From: a virus
Length of the DNA: 64,000 nucleotides
IMG/VR virus record: IMGVR_UViG_3300042453_003986
Span: 1-64,000 of that record
Direction: 5' to 3' (one strand)
Part shown: positions 47,801 to 52,687 of the stretch, one piece after another
How the letters are laid out: each line of letters opens with the position of its first letter
Numbering within the stretch: the stretch's first letter is position 1
Position numbers and translations under genes: made by a program
The notes under the pieces: model-generated
What the model was told of the DNA's origin: nothing
Seen by the model: the letters and a program-made list of their open reading frames with translations, nothing else
The model's database searches: none

Positions 47801-48024
47801 TTTCGAACGTCGTCCACAAACTGCTCTAACGCAAAAACAGCGAGAGTTACACGCTCTTGAAAATCTGATCCCAAACGCGCTGTCGGGTTTACTCGCTTAG
47901 CCTCAGCACCAAAATCTGCAGAAACACCAGACAGTGCGCTTTTAGCTTCCTCTGAATTTTTTTCAACAGCCGTAAGCAAGTTTACGATTTGCGTTAATTG
48001 ACTAATTGTTTCTTCCATAATCAC
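32899..48024 (-). CDS. Giant tape-measure-like protein (5041 aa) with embedded DEDDh exonuclease and thermonuclease domains
   Basis: Position after tail tube and chaperone; Ala/Gln-rich helical composition; tape-measure-like segment DPAQGMEGASIAIKEFLSG...SL..RF; hydrophobic Gly/Ala segments; nuclease motifs described in findings. Confidence 0.85.
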   Translation of the reverse strand: MIMEETISQLTQIVNLLTAVEKNSEEAKSALSGVSADFGAEAKRVNPTARLGSDFQERVTLAVFALEQFVDDVRNNAITPADRADTLRTIQSMVQAVTRDLKTAASSMSEVTDTRRITERPTESTAPSSRRSRFYKETESTDAPAERPVPLIYSERPSNFSIDNSLFRRVFGFSPSLRNSSKDYETFAALLKDYLTTVPEAEQPSLYKAVATADLTVLKNAIKETFKEAPDEKDVQEQISALLKQIASTMLSSIGYALEGGGMTAPQLVGGTASAVVKLTENVGNRLRKILRQAVVNTKRLTAAGRTLPPQGVNQVEQTLKVGLEDILSDDGRATVYLSTDTDHTDEVNSAITQRFSSTFRAIESFVQNLNPRRRYRQEAQGIDTKVGSQITGFQSSAVFPTQFLLSAEAATTQLRKIVQEQIEKKDVVTVSVGGKAVQLPRALAEQFAPAVQATKRASTYSGVLGGGITGKSFTSMFGGAGGVQQVSNLYAAELINNYVQNGDVSADPEEFVAQLFGESSKDTEITPAQLFIQRLLEDLERQSVKLEREAVQAASGESRALLNHRAREVKNQIAFVRKITSSETSPQERAYLVTGVQSGEGISIDTALATLYGSHVFTPFPAAAPEIVDYAAGLLQNLQEQGLAGRERPYETQSSAVYLENALAGYTSEDGRTADPIAKIKGLGIEGFERARERTAGGQPYAALEFFSDYFGLGVQRGSAGGSLPAAQIASAYLDESGNFDVTRAREAYATNPQMTLNNLQTLFYAMTDVGRRDLPLLGIVKSLSSVPAKEVPFLLEEIAKVAPGIAQVLNSSRAREGLAAASKKDSTVERMRGILQAISPMLQAAYTQYASGVLGVGSPEEARKILESDTVAPEFLQLSKTYKMLSAEELNNPNNTFVQGLTYLASGASAAEMAESPLDFMAAILGTQDQLAEVRRQQEQAPLTIEELAQQRYPVAQAAGEQLRQAVGVFPERRTAQKQKRLLELRNLQDQLAVLRVNGATQASITYLEDQIKRTKLAIDDEERPMAPIERLRAQLSRDDLSSQQRAQLGTELAIREEAFNKYRFSDVGLDEGFGTDDFLARMRRKIEYQDAESAIPAELQQLHNRAFYETDSKEKEKLAEQIFKRAETLTEEERGKYDKFLELEKERRIRAAQYAQESSVFYGRASEGFEAQGALSFDPQAEMRDSYAVDDFVEEVIKGTPLARMVRSVEVSDQTYRRSAFDLDTLLFGDTSYSAAEASKAAQKQLAELPKDSSTSWEVQSAKEDILKLEAEINAYETEINEIETQAKKKKDQVNKAADEEISPVNEKIQSLKTQIAAIENREGQDTETDYDKFNVSMDLQPLKLELGQAEINAKSIEHERQYALGEIQRQHYTGLLKHSKKLAEEKRDDTKRSVSYPVVGIDYYKLPNEWVARVEGTEPKDIATALSQSFTGKEIPPELESAQTELAQLQEQVEAKLQERKSIAASAAPVRLEKIRRELADLREAARAGTVPADADYHAKISYLMQLEKEAEQEDPQVVNTALKTIDQQIESLKAQAAKIPRQAGDALVSRVAAERLRTSLFRRRQYLYSQLNINPKDSLLGLYRQRKETSSPQAARLLTRLITSSPLYQQLRFDLDYDDEKMNALFDTLLLKQDMAEQEAVGPTEADREFTTQALASYLQRARESDYALPENFDEAENRRALQMLQAKKSRGDSLTMQEQADYSQYRKYERNAQIRKAHQLVTNQPSAEPLVDFLKILYASLPQDYNLTGDKPEMIAKDVRIRNLLASIAELTDPASFQALAMIMNPRTSGRALDRAIASLPAADRAIINEAIAVLQEETNPGLALATSEIGKGMQEAQITDAVQIAAAEVAADKRRSGTSAASTSGRTAATKQKQDELDKAIKKRRDEEDAARKERRDRKEAAIREYRDREDAEIKKRRDEEDAARKERRDEREAALREYRDKEEPALKSQRDKEDAEIKERRDEEDAARKEKRDERKAALKEYRDREDAARKEKSKMKALALEVQASGEDIQTTWANPHYFAEYLKRFYIGEEIPPEVESALAELDQLDKQYDAASKIVGEVHLFGGTLEDYQKAQASKEEMNRTVSQAQKIQKQVGDALVSRLAAEEQQDESDAEIKERRDKNDELNKKKQDELDAAIKSQRDKEDAALKEQRDSEDAARKERRDEPDAARKERRDNIDELDKKKQDELDNVIKKQRDREDAARKERRDKNDELTKKKQDELDNVIKKQRDREDAARKERRDTIDAGIAAVIDVVGFDLETTIPKPGETAQILEFASVGGGKTATGAFATEVQSTMGSKEGPALSAKEIQKARSRLQRSAESGKTIVGHNIKEFDLPILFGGAENVPTIVQNQAVDTLQMANELQLPGSRTLGSLATLFGLEYDPTRLHEAAYDTDLNVRLYHELVKAQQEQKSNADQFSKNMLKRFFAQSQLTDEQKKLLQPLVTARRGYATDKVKQTSANLAYMLAHARRLDALKTASISGKGELQLFDSENRPITDQNYIKSVLAMFGHTLDTEISPEELRRMQDEAAKVTSMFDPYRVDGSLDTVYNLFNSVAGSVVGKGPAGVGASRYTTEAFSYLRSLVGAADMSLDPAALRSLLSRWGSFSAHGDMDKVTTPAAAGAAVLASALTDATAPTITARPSTERKPAEVSGVDITKATLTGERGAAAERVLRADELIGIAEEKATQSSEELKRQEQAVNDASAYVARVQKIKDWMTRRYAKYPSRLISINAKVAHGEDNLRKAEQTLKEMETVVTAATAEKEAAFAEKSEAVSALELITTKKEAYEEEKLAVSEPSVASVSDTPESSVTVVESTLDDKAVAEMAGEITSTRTRKPRASGKESRKKHESAESVGSGSSGSGSGGGGGAVSATISGGAEFSGPVTITNLDARNLEVASIEKATINATNVNLSLHSGASLGSIEVKQILTKEAVSSKSRSPLTIENYHAGSVARQNIQSAPGAVFGGGGFGGGGGGGYYGKNPALLARENELSVLRNNFQERRGQFAGLDDAAAQQQLKQQTSDFIKESLRLIQSDVLQTDKYTAGTAAEAPRVALKSAIDEMIDPANEAAVAANFGSRLEAIAGLVKQYVDTLDTSTLPEDVAKAAKSEIDGLNRTVQSAREQGYYTLTAVSKDQTSIDNAARNKAREDEAAAREAARVDEADKRKRDIVANESRKNAMLTAKGVLGSARTAFDLAGGELNGQTFAVGRAELIKTTVDALRDTTELDALSTVVSGLASAEPDNVREFTAALNQLNQAADDANLTEAATAFAKLTKVAADLQERVTASTTLTDAEKQSAMSALTLFTSRASQTDYIKPTAGVIEATERKRMSVLEEQLQAAAGRPGFFGLRRDSTQRRLLKEYAQERFGQAGADIMYNDRSMRFQARTENGGRIDLIEASAEDLKRLQEDLGNAGAPIGLEELQKLQNVMSRTQQTRNQTPFADPLFFAASRIRDIQTLGMTAMSALSLPSTIAGIIDQAASPALNAVRSMTSLRGLSRDQGVFNKAVAAASEQQALFGGSLTSNIGNITSFIPLTNAYGVDISQVVNVARKLAAFDPAQGMEGASIAIKEFLSGNVASLSRRFEINRSALSKIDIGNATEMLDKLDEVLAQMGVTDQLINEAANSRAAQYDKMLGRLETMGIKVSEFAVGVATPLLESILGPSSVLGEMADTSTINLMRDEGLKFTGSKALSKLADVDMYAPDLSTFTRQVDKVLQEANDEIALAAASYQKTTGVTPLVSPYRLLENMKPEERVQFRNMAQANRLFKGMTTEQALMQASRDMGGDYASYQEFVNQRKLLPTNRMSYEQMIKSDRFTELKADAEKAMIDEVARGAGGAFRPGILTALASPSTFLVGSLIASGVESASRSGASLKRATIGKVTDLDTFRTTSGERVRLVGIDAPETGSKAAIKAMSKAVEVGLRENENITYEAGGFDKYGRTLAVVYNEQGQMINSELIARGIAGAMTDNQAVNSFASFVADQGIGVVNEAAAKAGLGGLPVISDEVKRAYYMQTYFGGIGGTAGSVGTAVGGGMLTNATIGALAGSKMFAGSAAASAAAGAGIVGTAGLAALGAGVAAGGYALITRAIDLNDVSVEKMRQLYKMQTEFEKNQRMQNKFDSVYLANAGFSGNRETLINNELKKTRGRFIPNTKISEALAASGLTQAAYDEASTAIEKLYNQQDEQGKSILGTVVLSPDGTEMVSLTEALTQSLAFAQDANLRDTAVGKESQRLIGVGNELIDNADIIQLAQKYGLGITPSELGLNNNQLEALGLLESPAVLGRDYREAAQAAQGVSTQLTATQMARFLTSEQIKTYSDAMRQRLLNDPTYQVQAKEYMDQQFDQELQRKQQRFNTFAEQTALNNAMGLFGSAGPLSASQVMNSQFMRTSFADEGAKSALNDAVEESIKTFNAVSKHNKSMAELMGPYVSTFQTTFANYVAGFSRAGSAANTLRDYMSNGDPLFALNEMRRISGLDWRSMISQQMFLPQASSSAQLAQIPYYEMRRAFQPIDPRVARGADRLAGMQLPYTSGPRGRLAYANMIASNASITSLMNPAELMNVYSMGIQAQTELAQRNFQHNTQMRDLAINHNRSLEDITRNAFRQLEGIHLNATRQMVQAVQQRELSKRQSLAQNYSQLGSANMAESDRRKIDQVAQAGKKFADQAEQSNPAAFLRFQGRYSSESTALLEKAFTAYDRLPITDLAGRDAAWAQVIKYRDQVVSEMTELMKTADPETRANLQAQAALLGRDPERGAQAQQFADQQVATMIQRAESEKALRLRREDLLRQQRYSGLEYQGLVQNMQAAQQSGDPLQIQQAARALSDFNIQQQRLSEEIQQINRELQNMIDVAPLWSDFWTQGYVNIEETTSTTMSGLINQYEDFNIGLKQQIEDALINLARQKDDLVRSFTDAATEIATQVPATMAKGVAAIMQYTNDMTAVEGLISRGRFDEANNLASAANNRLALSLYGSTETPEAKTLKAQLSVNAREVPTAFDAYSVDTPEGKALRVYTVSTTSPAKPPKDRPFPMPSGQGILQ
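41270..42390 (-). repeat. 33-nt (11-aa) period charged repeats within the tape-measure gene
   Basis: Units such as DEEDAARKERR, DELDNVIKKQR, DKNDELNKKKQ; near-exact 99-nt tandem duplication around 41276-41473. Confidence 0.9.
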
Positions 48025-48300
48025 CTACATAAATAATTTAAAAATTTGCTCTTCTGTTTCAAGAGCCTTTTTCTCGAGCTTCTCTAGCTCTTTTTCTTTT
48101 CGCCGAATGCTCGACTGGATAGCATGCGCTTTTGCTGAAATTAGTGCGGCCATTTCTATATAGGTCACCAGTCCTACACGTTTAATGTGTAGAACTGATA
48201 GCTGTCCAGTTGAAAGAAAATGATCAATCCACAGTGCAAGTTCTTCTTTTGTTGCCTTAGCTTGGAGAACTAGTAGATGAATCCCTTTCCTTTTCGATAG
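48025..48300 (-). CDS. Putative tail assembly chaperone extension (gpT-like), probably reached by frameshift
   Basis: Open frame overlapping the end of the chaperone gene with no strong RBS/start; its stop abuts the tape-measure start; left boundary of translation uncertain. Confidence 0.55.
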   Translation of the reverse strand, partial: LSKRKGIHLLVLQAKATKEELALWIDHFLSTGQLSVLHIKRVGLVTYIEMAALISAKAHAIQSSIRRKEKELEKLEKKALETEEQIFKLFM

Positions 48301-48691
48301 CGGAGGTAAGATCGGCATCCTTCTGAAGTGCTTCGACAAACTTGTCGAATTCGCCTTTGCTAATCTTCCCGATTGTCCAAATCTGCTCGCCAAGCTCACG
48401 CACTACCTCCCCGTTAACGTCAAGCAGTCGACGTGCTTGCGAGATCGTCAGTTTTGGCCGAACGATGCCCTCCACCAGCGTATGCAAAGTAAACTCTGTA
48501 TTATCAAGTTCACCGCTCTTAGTCGCCTGCTGGTTGATCTTTTCCATTTGTGCAAAAGTCAACGCGCGAATACGCACGCGCTTCTGCAATCCCCGAATAA
48601 CGACATCTAGCTCGTTCGGTGCCGCCGCCTGTTCGAGTTCGTCGATACTCTCAAAATAGTCAGCGTTTGTGCCGACTGCAAAGTCAATCAT
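48257..48691 (-). CDS. Tail assembly chaperone (gpG-like)
   Basis: V.IRALT motif, position after the tail tube; GGAGG before the ATG at 48691. Confidence 0.75.
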   Translation of the reverse strand: MIDFAVGTNADYFESIDELEQAAAPNELDVVIRGLQKRVRIRALTFAQMEKINQQATKSGELDNTEFTLHTLVEGIVRPKLTISQARRLLDVNGEVVRELGEQIWTIGKISKGEFDKFVEALQKDADLTSAIEKERDSSTSSPS

Positions 48692-48706
48692 TGAAACCTC
48701 CATAAC

Positions 48707-48769
48707 AAAAAAAGTTCCCTCTACATAATAACACAAACTGTAATTGTTTGCTCATGTAGAGGGAACTTT
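48707..48769 (-). terminator. Long hairpin / terminator after the tail tube gene
   Basis: AAAGTTCCCTCTACAT/ATGTAGAGGGAACTTT 16-bp stem, inner CAAAC/GTTTG helix, T7 on the minus strand. Confidence 0.75.
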
Positions 48770-48777
48770 AAAAAGTT

Positions 48778-49212
48778 TTACTCGTAGTCGCCGGTGACTG
48801 CTGGGGCCGTGGTGAACCCGCCGTTGTCCATAAAGTCAAAAGAAATAGTGACTTGATCGTTGCTTGAGTTGGTCAGCTGGTAACCCGTCAAGATTGCTGA
48901 CGGAATTACCATTGTGTAACCGCCTTTTGAAACTAGCTGCAAAGCGATGTACTCACCCGAGTTTGAAATGTTGATCAAACGAGTGTGCGTAGTCTGCTGA
49001 TCGAGCGGAAGCGTGATCTGGAACGAGCCGTTCACACGACGCGAGAACGTAAACGAGTACATCTTACCGTTGTCGTTCAAAAACGGACCGGCGTCTACCT
49101 GCTGGGTTTGCAGAGAAGCCTGCCACTGGGACACAAATCGAATGTTGTCATAGCCAGCGCCGCTGACCTTGGCCATACGCAGATAGCCCTCAATACCCTT
49201 TACAATTGCCAT
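48778..49212 (-). CDS. Major tail tube protein
   Basis: 144 aa, beta-rich, G.EG N-terminus, canonical position. Confidence 0.75.
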   Translation of the reverse strand: MAIVKGIEGYLRMAKVSGAGYDNIRFVSQWQASLQTQQVDAGPFLNDNGKMYSFTFSRRVNGSFQITLPLDQQTTHTRLINISNSGEYIALQLVSKGGYTMVIPSAILTGYQLTNSSNDQVTISFDFMDNGGFTTAPAVTGDYE

Positions 49213-49293
49213 AGTTTAATTTTCTCCGTTTAAGCTGACGCTCGCTTTTTAATGTAAATAATTTAATACTCTACTGCGTCTGTAGAGGTGCAG

Positions 49294-49725
49294 TTAAGCA
49301 GCCGGCGTAACGTATGCTTCTAATCCGACCGCACTAGTGTATACTGCGCGGTTATTAAGCTGATCTACAGGAAAGTAGTACGTTTTATACGGATACAACT
49401 GCACGTGATAAGGAATCGCAATGTTTGCTATACCAGACACTGTCAGCGGACCGTTAAGCAAGTTAAGGGTAGCTGCAAGGGTATCGGCCGCATCTGCCAT
49501 TGACGAGGACACCGAGCGTAGAGTTACTAAGCCTTTCCATGCCGATTCTTGCAGCATTGGATACGCAATTCCTAGACTCGAGTCTGATTGATAAATAAGA
49601 TAAGGATAGGCCACATCTAGTGGAGCGGTATTCAAAAACACTCTGCCGCTATACGCAACTGACACCTGAGAAAGTGCTCGCGCTAGAATTCGCCAAATAT
49701 TTGGATATAGTGCGTTTACTATCAT
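49294..49725 (-). CDS. Tail terminator protein
   Basis: GRVF...AP....YPYLIY motif; upstream of the tail tube. Confidence 0.75.
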   Translation of the reverse strand: MIVNALYPNIWRILARALSQVSVAYSGRVFLNTAPLDVAYPYLIYQSDSSLGIAYPMLQESAWKGLVTLRSVSSSMADAADTLAATLNLLNGPLTVSGIANIAIPYHVQLYPYKTYYFPVDQLNNRAVYTSAVGLEAYVTPAA

Positions 49726-50312
49726 GTAGATCTCCCAACGGAGTCTGCTACGGTCTTGGCTACGTACGCCTCAATTTGAGGCTTTGCTCTAGTAAAGTAA
49801 GCGTTTGCCGCTTTCTGTATGACGATGTCAGTAAGCTCAGAAAATTGCCTGCGAACTTCTGAAAGATGCTCGTCAGTGATTGCCTGAGTAACGGCTTTTT
49901 CTGCTACATATGTAAGCGAAGGTCCGTCTATTTTTTGAGCGGTGATTAACGAGCTGATTTCAGCGGCCATCTTGAATAGCTGTAAGATTGAATCGTCAAT
50001 CAATGCGACGCGCAACGGGTTTTGCAAAACATGCTGATTTACTGCTTCATCACCGATACGGTGCTTTAAATCTTGGTTTACCGTCTTAAATGCGACAAGT
50101 CGTTCACGATACTTTACGTTAGCCGATTGGTCACTCACACGCCCGCGACGATTTAGAATGCGTATTTCTTCGTCAGGACTAATGTTATCTAACGTGTCTA
50201 AGTACTCTTCGACATTCTTAATGACTACCGCTTCTAGTGCTTTACTGAGGTGGGTCGGACCTTGCTGTAGAAAAGCCACAAACTCCCGCAAGTCTGTAAC
50301 TACGTCGGTCAT
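49722..50312 (-). CDS. Putative neck / tail completion protein
   Basis: Synteny only. Confidence 0.45.
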   Translation of the reverse strand: MTDVVTDLREFVAFLQQGPTHLSKALEAVVIKNVEEYLDTLDNISPDEEIRILNRRGRVSDQSANVKYRERLVAFKTVNQDLKHRIGDEAVNQHVLQNPLRVALIDDSILQLFKMAAEISSLITAQKIDGPSLTYVAEKAVTQAITDEHLSEVRRQFSELTDIVIQKAANAYFTRAKPQIEAYVAKTVADSVGRST

Positions 50313-50683
50313 TGTGTCCTCTCGACATCAACAATAAAGGCTCCCATCAAACTGTGCTTCACGGGAACAACTACTAAATCAAATCGGGTTCCTGAATACA
50401 CTATCTTGTCAGAAAGCGATAAGCTTGTTGAATAGGGCAACTGGATTCTGAAGGAGGTAGAGCTGACCTGCAGCTGTACCTCCTCTGACTGGCCTGCCAT
50501 GTTCGTAGTAAGGCGACCAGAACGATTGATCATGCGACAAGGCACCCCGCTTTCCGTAGTGTACGAAGTAGCGTATTCACCATCAGTAACGGTGTGCCCC
50601 GCAAAATGCTCAATTGTGCAGGTGTCCGTGAGCCACTGTTCGCTTTGCTGACGAATCACCGCGGCGTCACGTTGCAAGTTCAT
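50309..50683 (-). CDS. Head closure (stopper) protein
   Basis: L.DTCTI, VPCR and I.LP......D.I patterns; synteny. Confidence 0.7.
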   Translation of the reverse strand: MNLQRDAAVIRQQSEQWLTDTCTIEHFAGHTVTDGEYATSYTTESGVPCRMINRSGRLTTNMAGQSEEVQLQVSSTSFRIQLPYSTSLSLSDKIVYSGTRFDLVVVPVKHSLMGAFIVDVERTQ

Positions 50684-51183
50684 GCAGACAGCTCCTCGGT
50701 ACGTGCTTCAATAGCACGAATTTTTGTGACTGACACGCCTGAGTCTTCTGCGCGCTCTTTAATACGCGCGAGTGTGGTGAGACTAGTAAACCGCTTGAGA
50801 GCCTTCTTAAAGTCCGCAATCGATTTCATCTCTACAAGATTGACAATTTCGTCATCGTTGATAAAGTTTTCACTAATCTCGTGATTGTTTGTTCCTACGT
50901 ACTCGCGTAACAACCCTTTATCTAGAAGAGTCTTATTAAGACGGCGAAAAACCTTGTCCTCAGACTCCGAGTAGATTTCGATTACTTCGTTTTCGTAAAC
51001 AAAGTTTACTCGCTTCTTACTCACTAGATCATAGTCACTTTCAGCAGTTGAAAGAGTCCACCCAATTTGAACACGTGGATCAGTTGGATCTGGCCGCAGT
51101 CCTGCGACAATGTTGACAGGAACTTTAGCATAACGCCGATACACACTGTCACTTAGTGGTAGGTAAATGTTGTTTTTAGGCAT
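50680..51183 (-). CDS. Hypothetical protein downstream of the capsid gene
   Basis: GAGGAG RBS. Confidence 0.75.
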   Translation of the reverse strand: MPKNNIYLPLSDSVYRRYAKVPVNIVAGLRPDPTDPRVQIGWTLSTAESDYDLVSKKRVNFVYENEVIEIYSESEDKVFRRLNKTLLDKGLLREYVGTNNHEISENFINDDEIVNLVEMKSIADFKKALKRFTSLTTLARIKERAEDSGVSVTKIRAIEARTEELSA

Positions 51184-51191
51184 ACGTACTC

Positions 51192-52136
51192 CTAGGTAAG
51201 CTTAATTACGCCGATGTTTTCCGGCATATCTACTACCATACCATAAGACTGGTAAGCATGCAAGACATAGTCAGGAGGCTGAATAGCATTATCGGTATAG
51301 TCCTGATAGCGCATGTCTCCGTAGGTAATAATCTCACCAGCGTTTTCGCCGATCACCAAAATCTTATCGTCAGGGATCAAGCGCTCACGCAAGTTCGGCA
51401 ATTGGTTACGAAATACCTGAGGCAGTTCAATAATAGGCACGCCCTTGTAGGCGGCGATTCGATTGGTGTTCAAGTATTCCATAAGCTTGTCAGTTACTGG
51501 ATAAGCAATCAGACCGCTTCCGTCCGTATAAGCATACTCGCGAAAACCGGCAAACTCGTACATAGGACGAAGAGCGCGGCGCGTGCCCATAATTGCACGA
51601 ACGTTACCCGCTGTGTCCATCACGTTTTCAATCAATTCCTCAACGACAGCCCCCGTCAACGTGGCCGTTTCGACATAATGCGTAGGAGTGTCGATACTGT
51701 TCCACACCGTTGAAAGCAGCGTAAAGACCTTGGTGACCAAAGCATCGGTAATGTCCAGCTGCAGCTGATTACGCAAATCCTGAACAGTCTGCGTCTTGCC
51801 CTGCTGCACGTTCCACAAACTTTCGCGCACACCGCTAATCAAACGATCGTACACGTATGAATGGTAGTCGTGCAACTGAGTGGGCTGATTGGTAAGATGG
51901 TTCGTACCGGGGACCATTGACTGGACTGCGTAACGACCACGTCGAACGCGTTTAATGACGACGTCTCCCTCTTGGGCGTTACGCGTCGGCATAAAAGTAC
52001 TAAACAAATCGAGCGTAAGATGCTGCGGCTCGAGCAACTCAATGATGAGCTCGGCATAAGCAGACTTTTGGTTTGACGAAGTACCAGCAGTTTTTGCGAC
52101 TTCGGCTACACTTTTTAGTAGTTCATTTTGATTCAT
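51192..52136 (-). CDS. Major capsid protein
   Basis: 314 aa, follows protease/scaffold and decoration genes; Y.GVPIIEL and C-terminal G..V..PENIGVI HK97-like patterns. Confidence 0.8.
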   Translation of the reverse strand: MNQNELLKSVAEVAKTAGTSSNQKSAYAELIIELLEPQHLTLDLFSTFMPTRNAQEGDVVIKRVRRGRYAVQSMVPGTNHLTNQPTQLHDYHSYVYDRLISGVRESLWNVQQGKTQTVQDLRNQLQLDITDALVTKVFTLLSTVWNSIDTPTHYVETATLTGAVVEELIENVMDTAGNVRAIMGTRRALRPMYEFAGFREYAYTDGSGLIAYPVTDKLMEYLNTNRIAAYKGVPIIELPQVFRNQLPNLRERLIPDDKILVIGENAGEIITYGDMRYQDYTDNAIQPPDYVLHAYQSYGMVVDMPENIGVIKLT

Positions 52137-52146
52137 TGATAATCTC

Positions 52147-52677
52147 CTAGTTTAACTCGATGTATAGCATACCGGTAGCCGCTTGGTAGCTATCGACAAT
52201 ACCCACCGCATGGTTTGCCGTTGAAGTGTACGTAAACATACCTGACGCACCTACAGCCACCATTGCCCCGGGAACACGGATGTTTGCGCTATCCACAAAA
52301 CAACCTGAGGTAATCCCGACTTTTCCGCGATGGAGTGCGACCAACTCACCCGAGTACACGGGCGGCTCTAGCCACATTGAACGCGGAACTAGATACTGAA
52401 GCTTGTCAAATACTGGATCTCCGTACAGACTACCGTCATTTAGGTTGTACACTCGAGTCGACGGCACCGTGTACATATCAGCATACGTAGGACGGTTAAA
52501 GTCGTCGGGAGGGAAAAAGGCCACATACACGCCTAGCGTGGTATTGGCGCTCGCATATGAAACACCGGGAAGATCATTACGAATACCCGAGGCCCCCACT
52601 ACGACTGCGCGACCCTCCATTAGAGTCGCCGTTGCGACGCCTTGACGGCTCGCATTACTAGTTACAATTACAGCCAT
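52147..52677 (-). CDS. Capsid decoration / cement protein
   Basis: Small beta-rich protein between scaffold and capsid genes. Confidence 0.6.
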   Translation of the reverse strand: MAVIVTSNASRQGVATATLMEGRAVVVGASGIRNDLPGVSYASANTTLGVYVAFFPPDDFNRPTYADMYTVPSTRVYNLNDGSLYGDPVFDKLQYLVPRSMWLEPPVYSGELVALHRGKVGITSGCFVDSANIRVPGAMVAVGASGMFTYTSTANHAVGIVDSYQAATGMLYIELN

Positions 52678-52687
52678 TTAATTCCTC

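Noticed and set aside
32899-48024. Giant protein as a virion RNA polymerase (N4- or crAss-like) reading hairpin promoters
   Set aside because: No DxDGD or T7-like polymerase motifs were recognised; position and composition fit a tape measure
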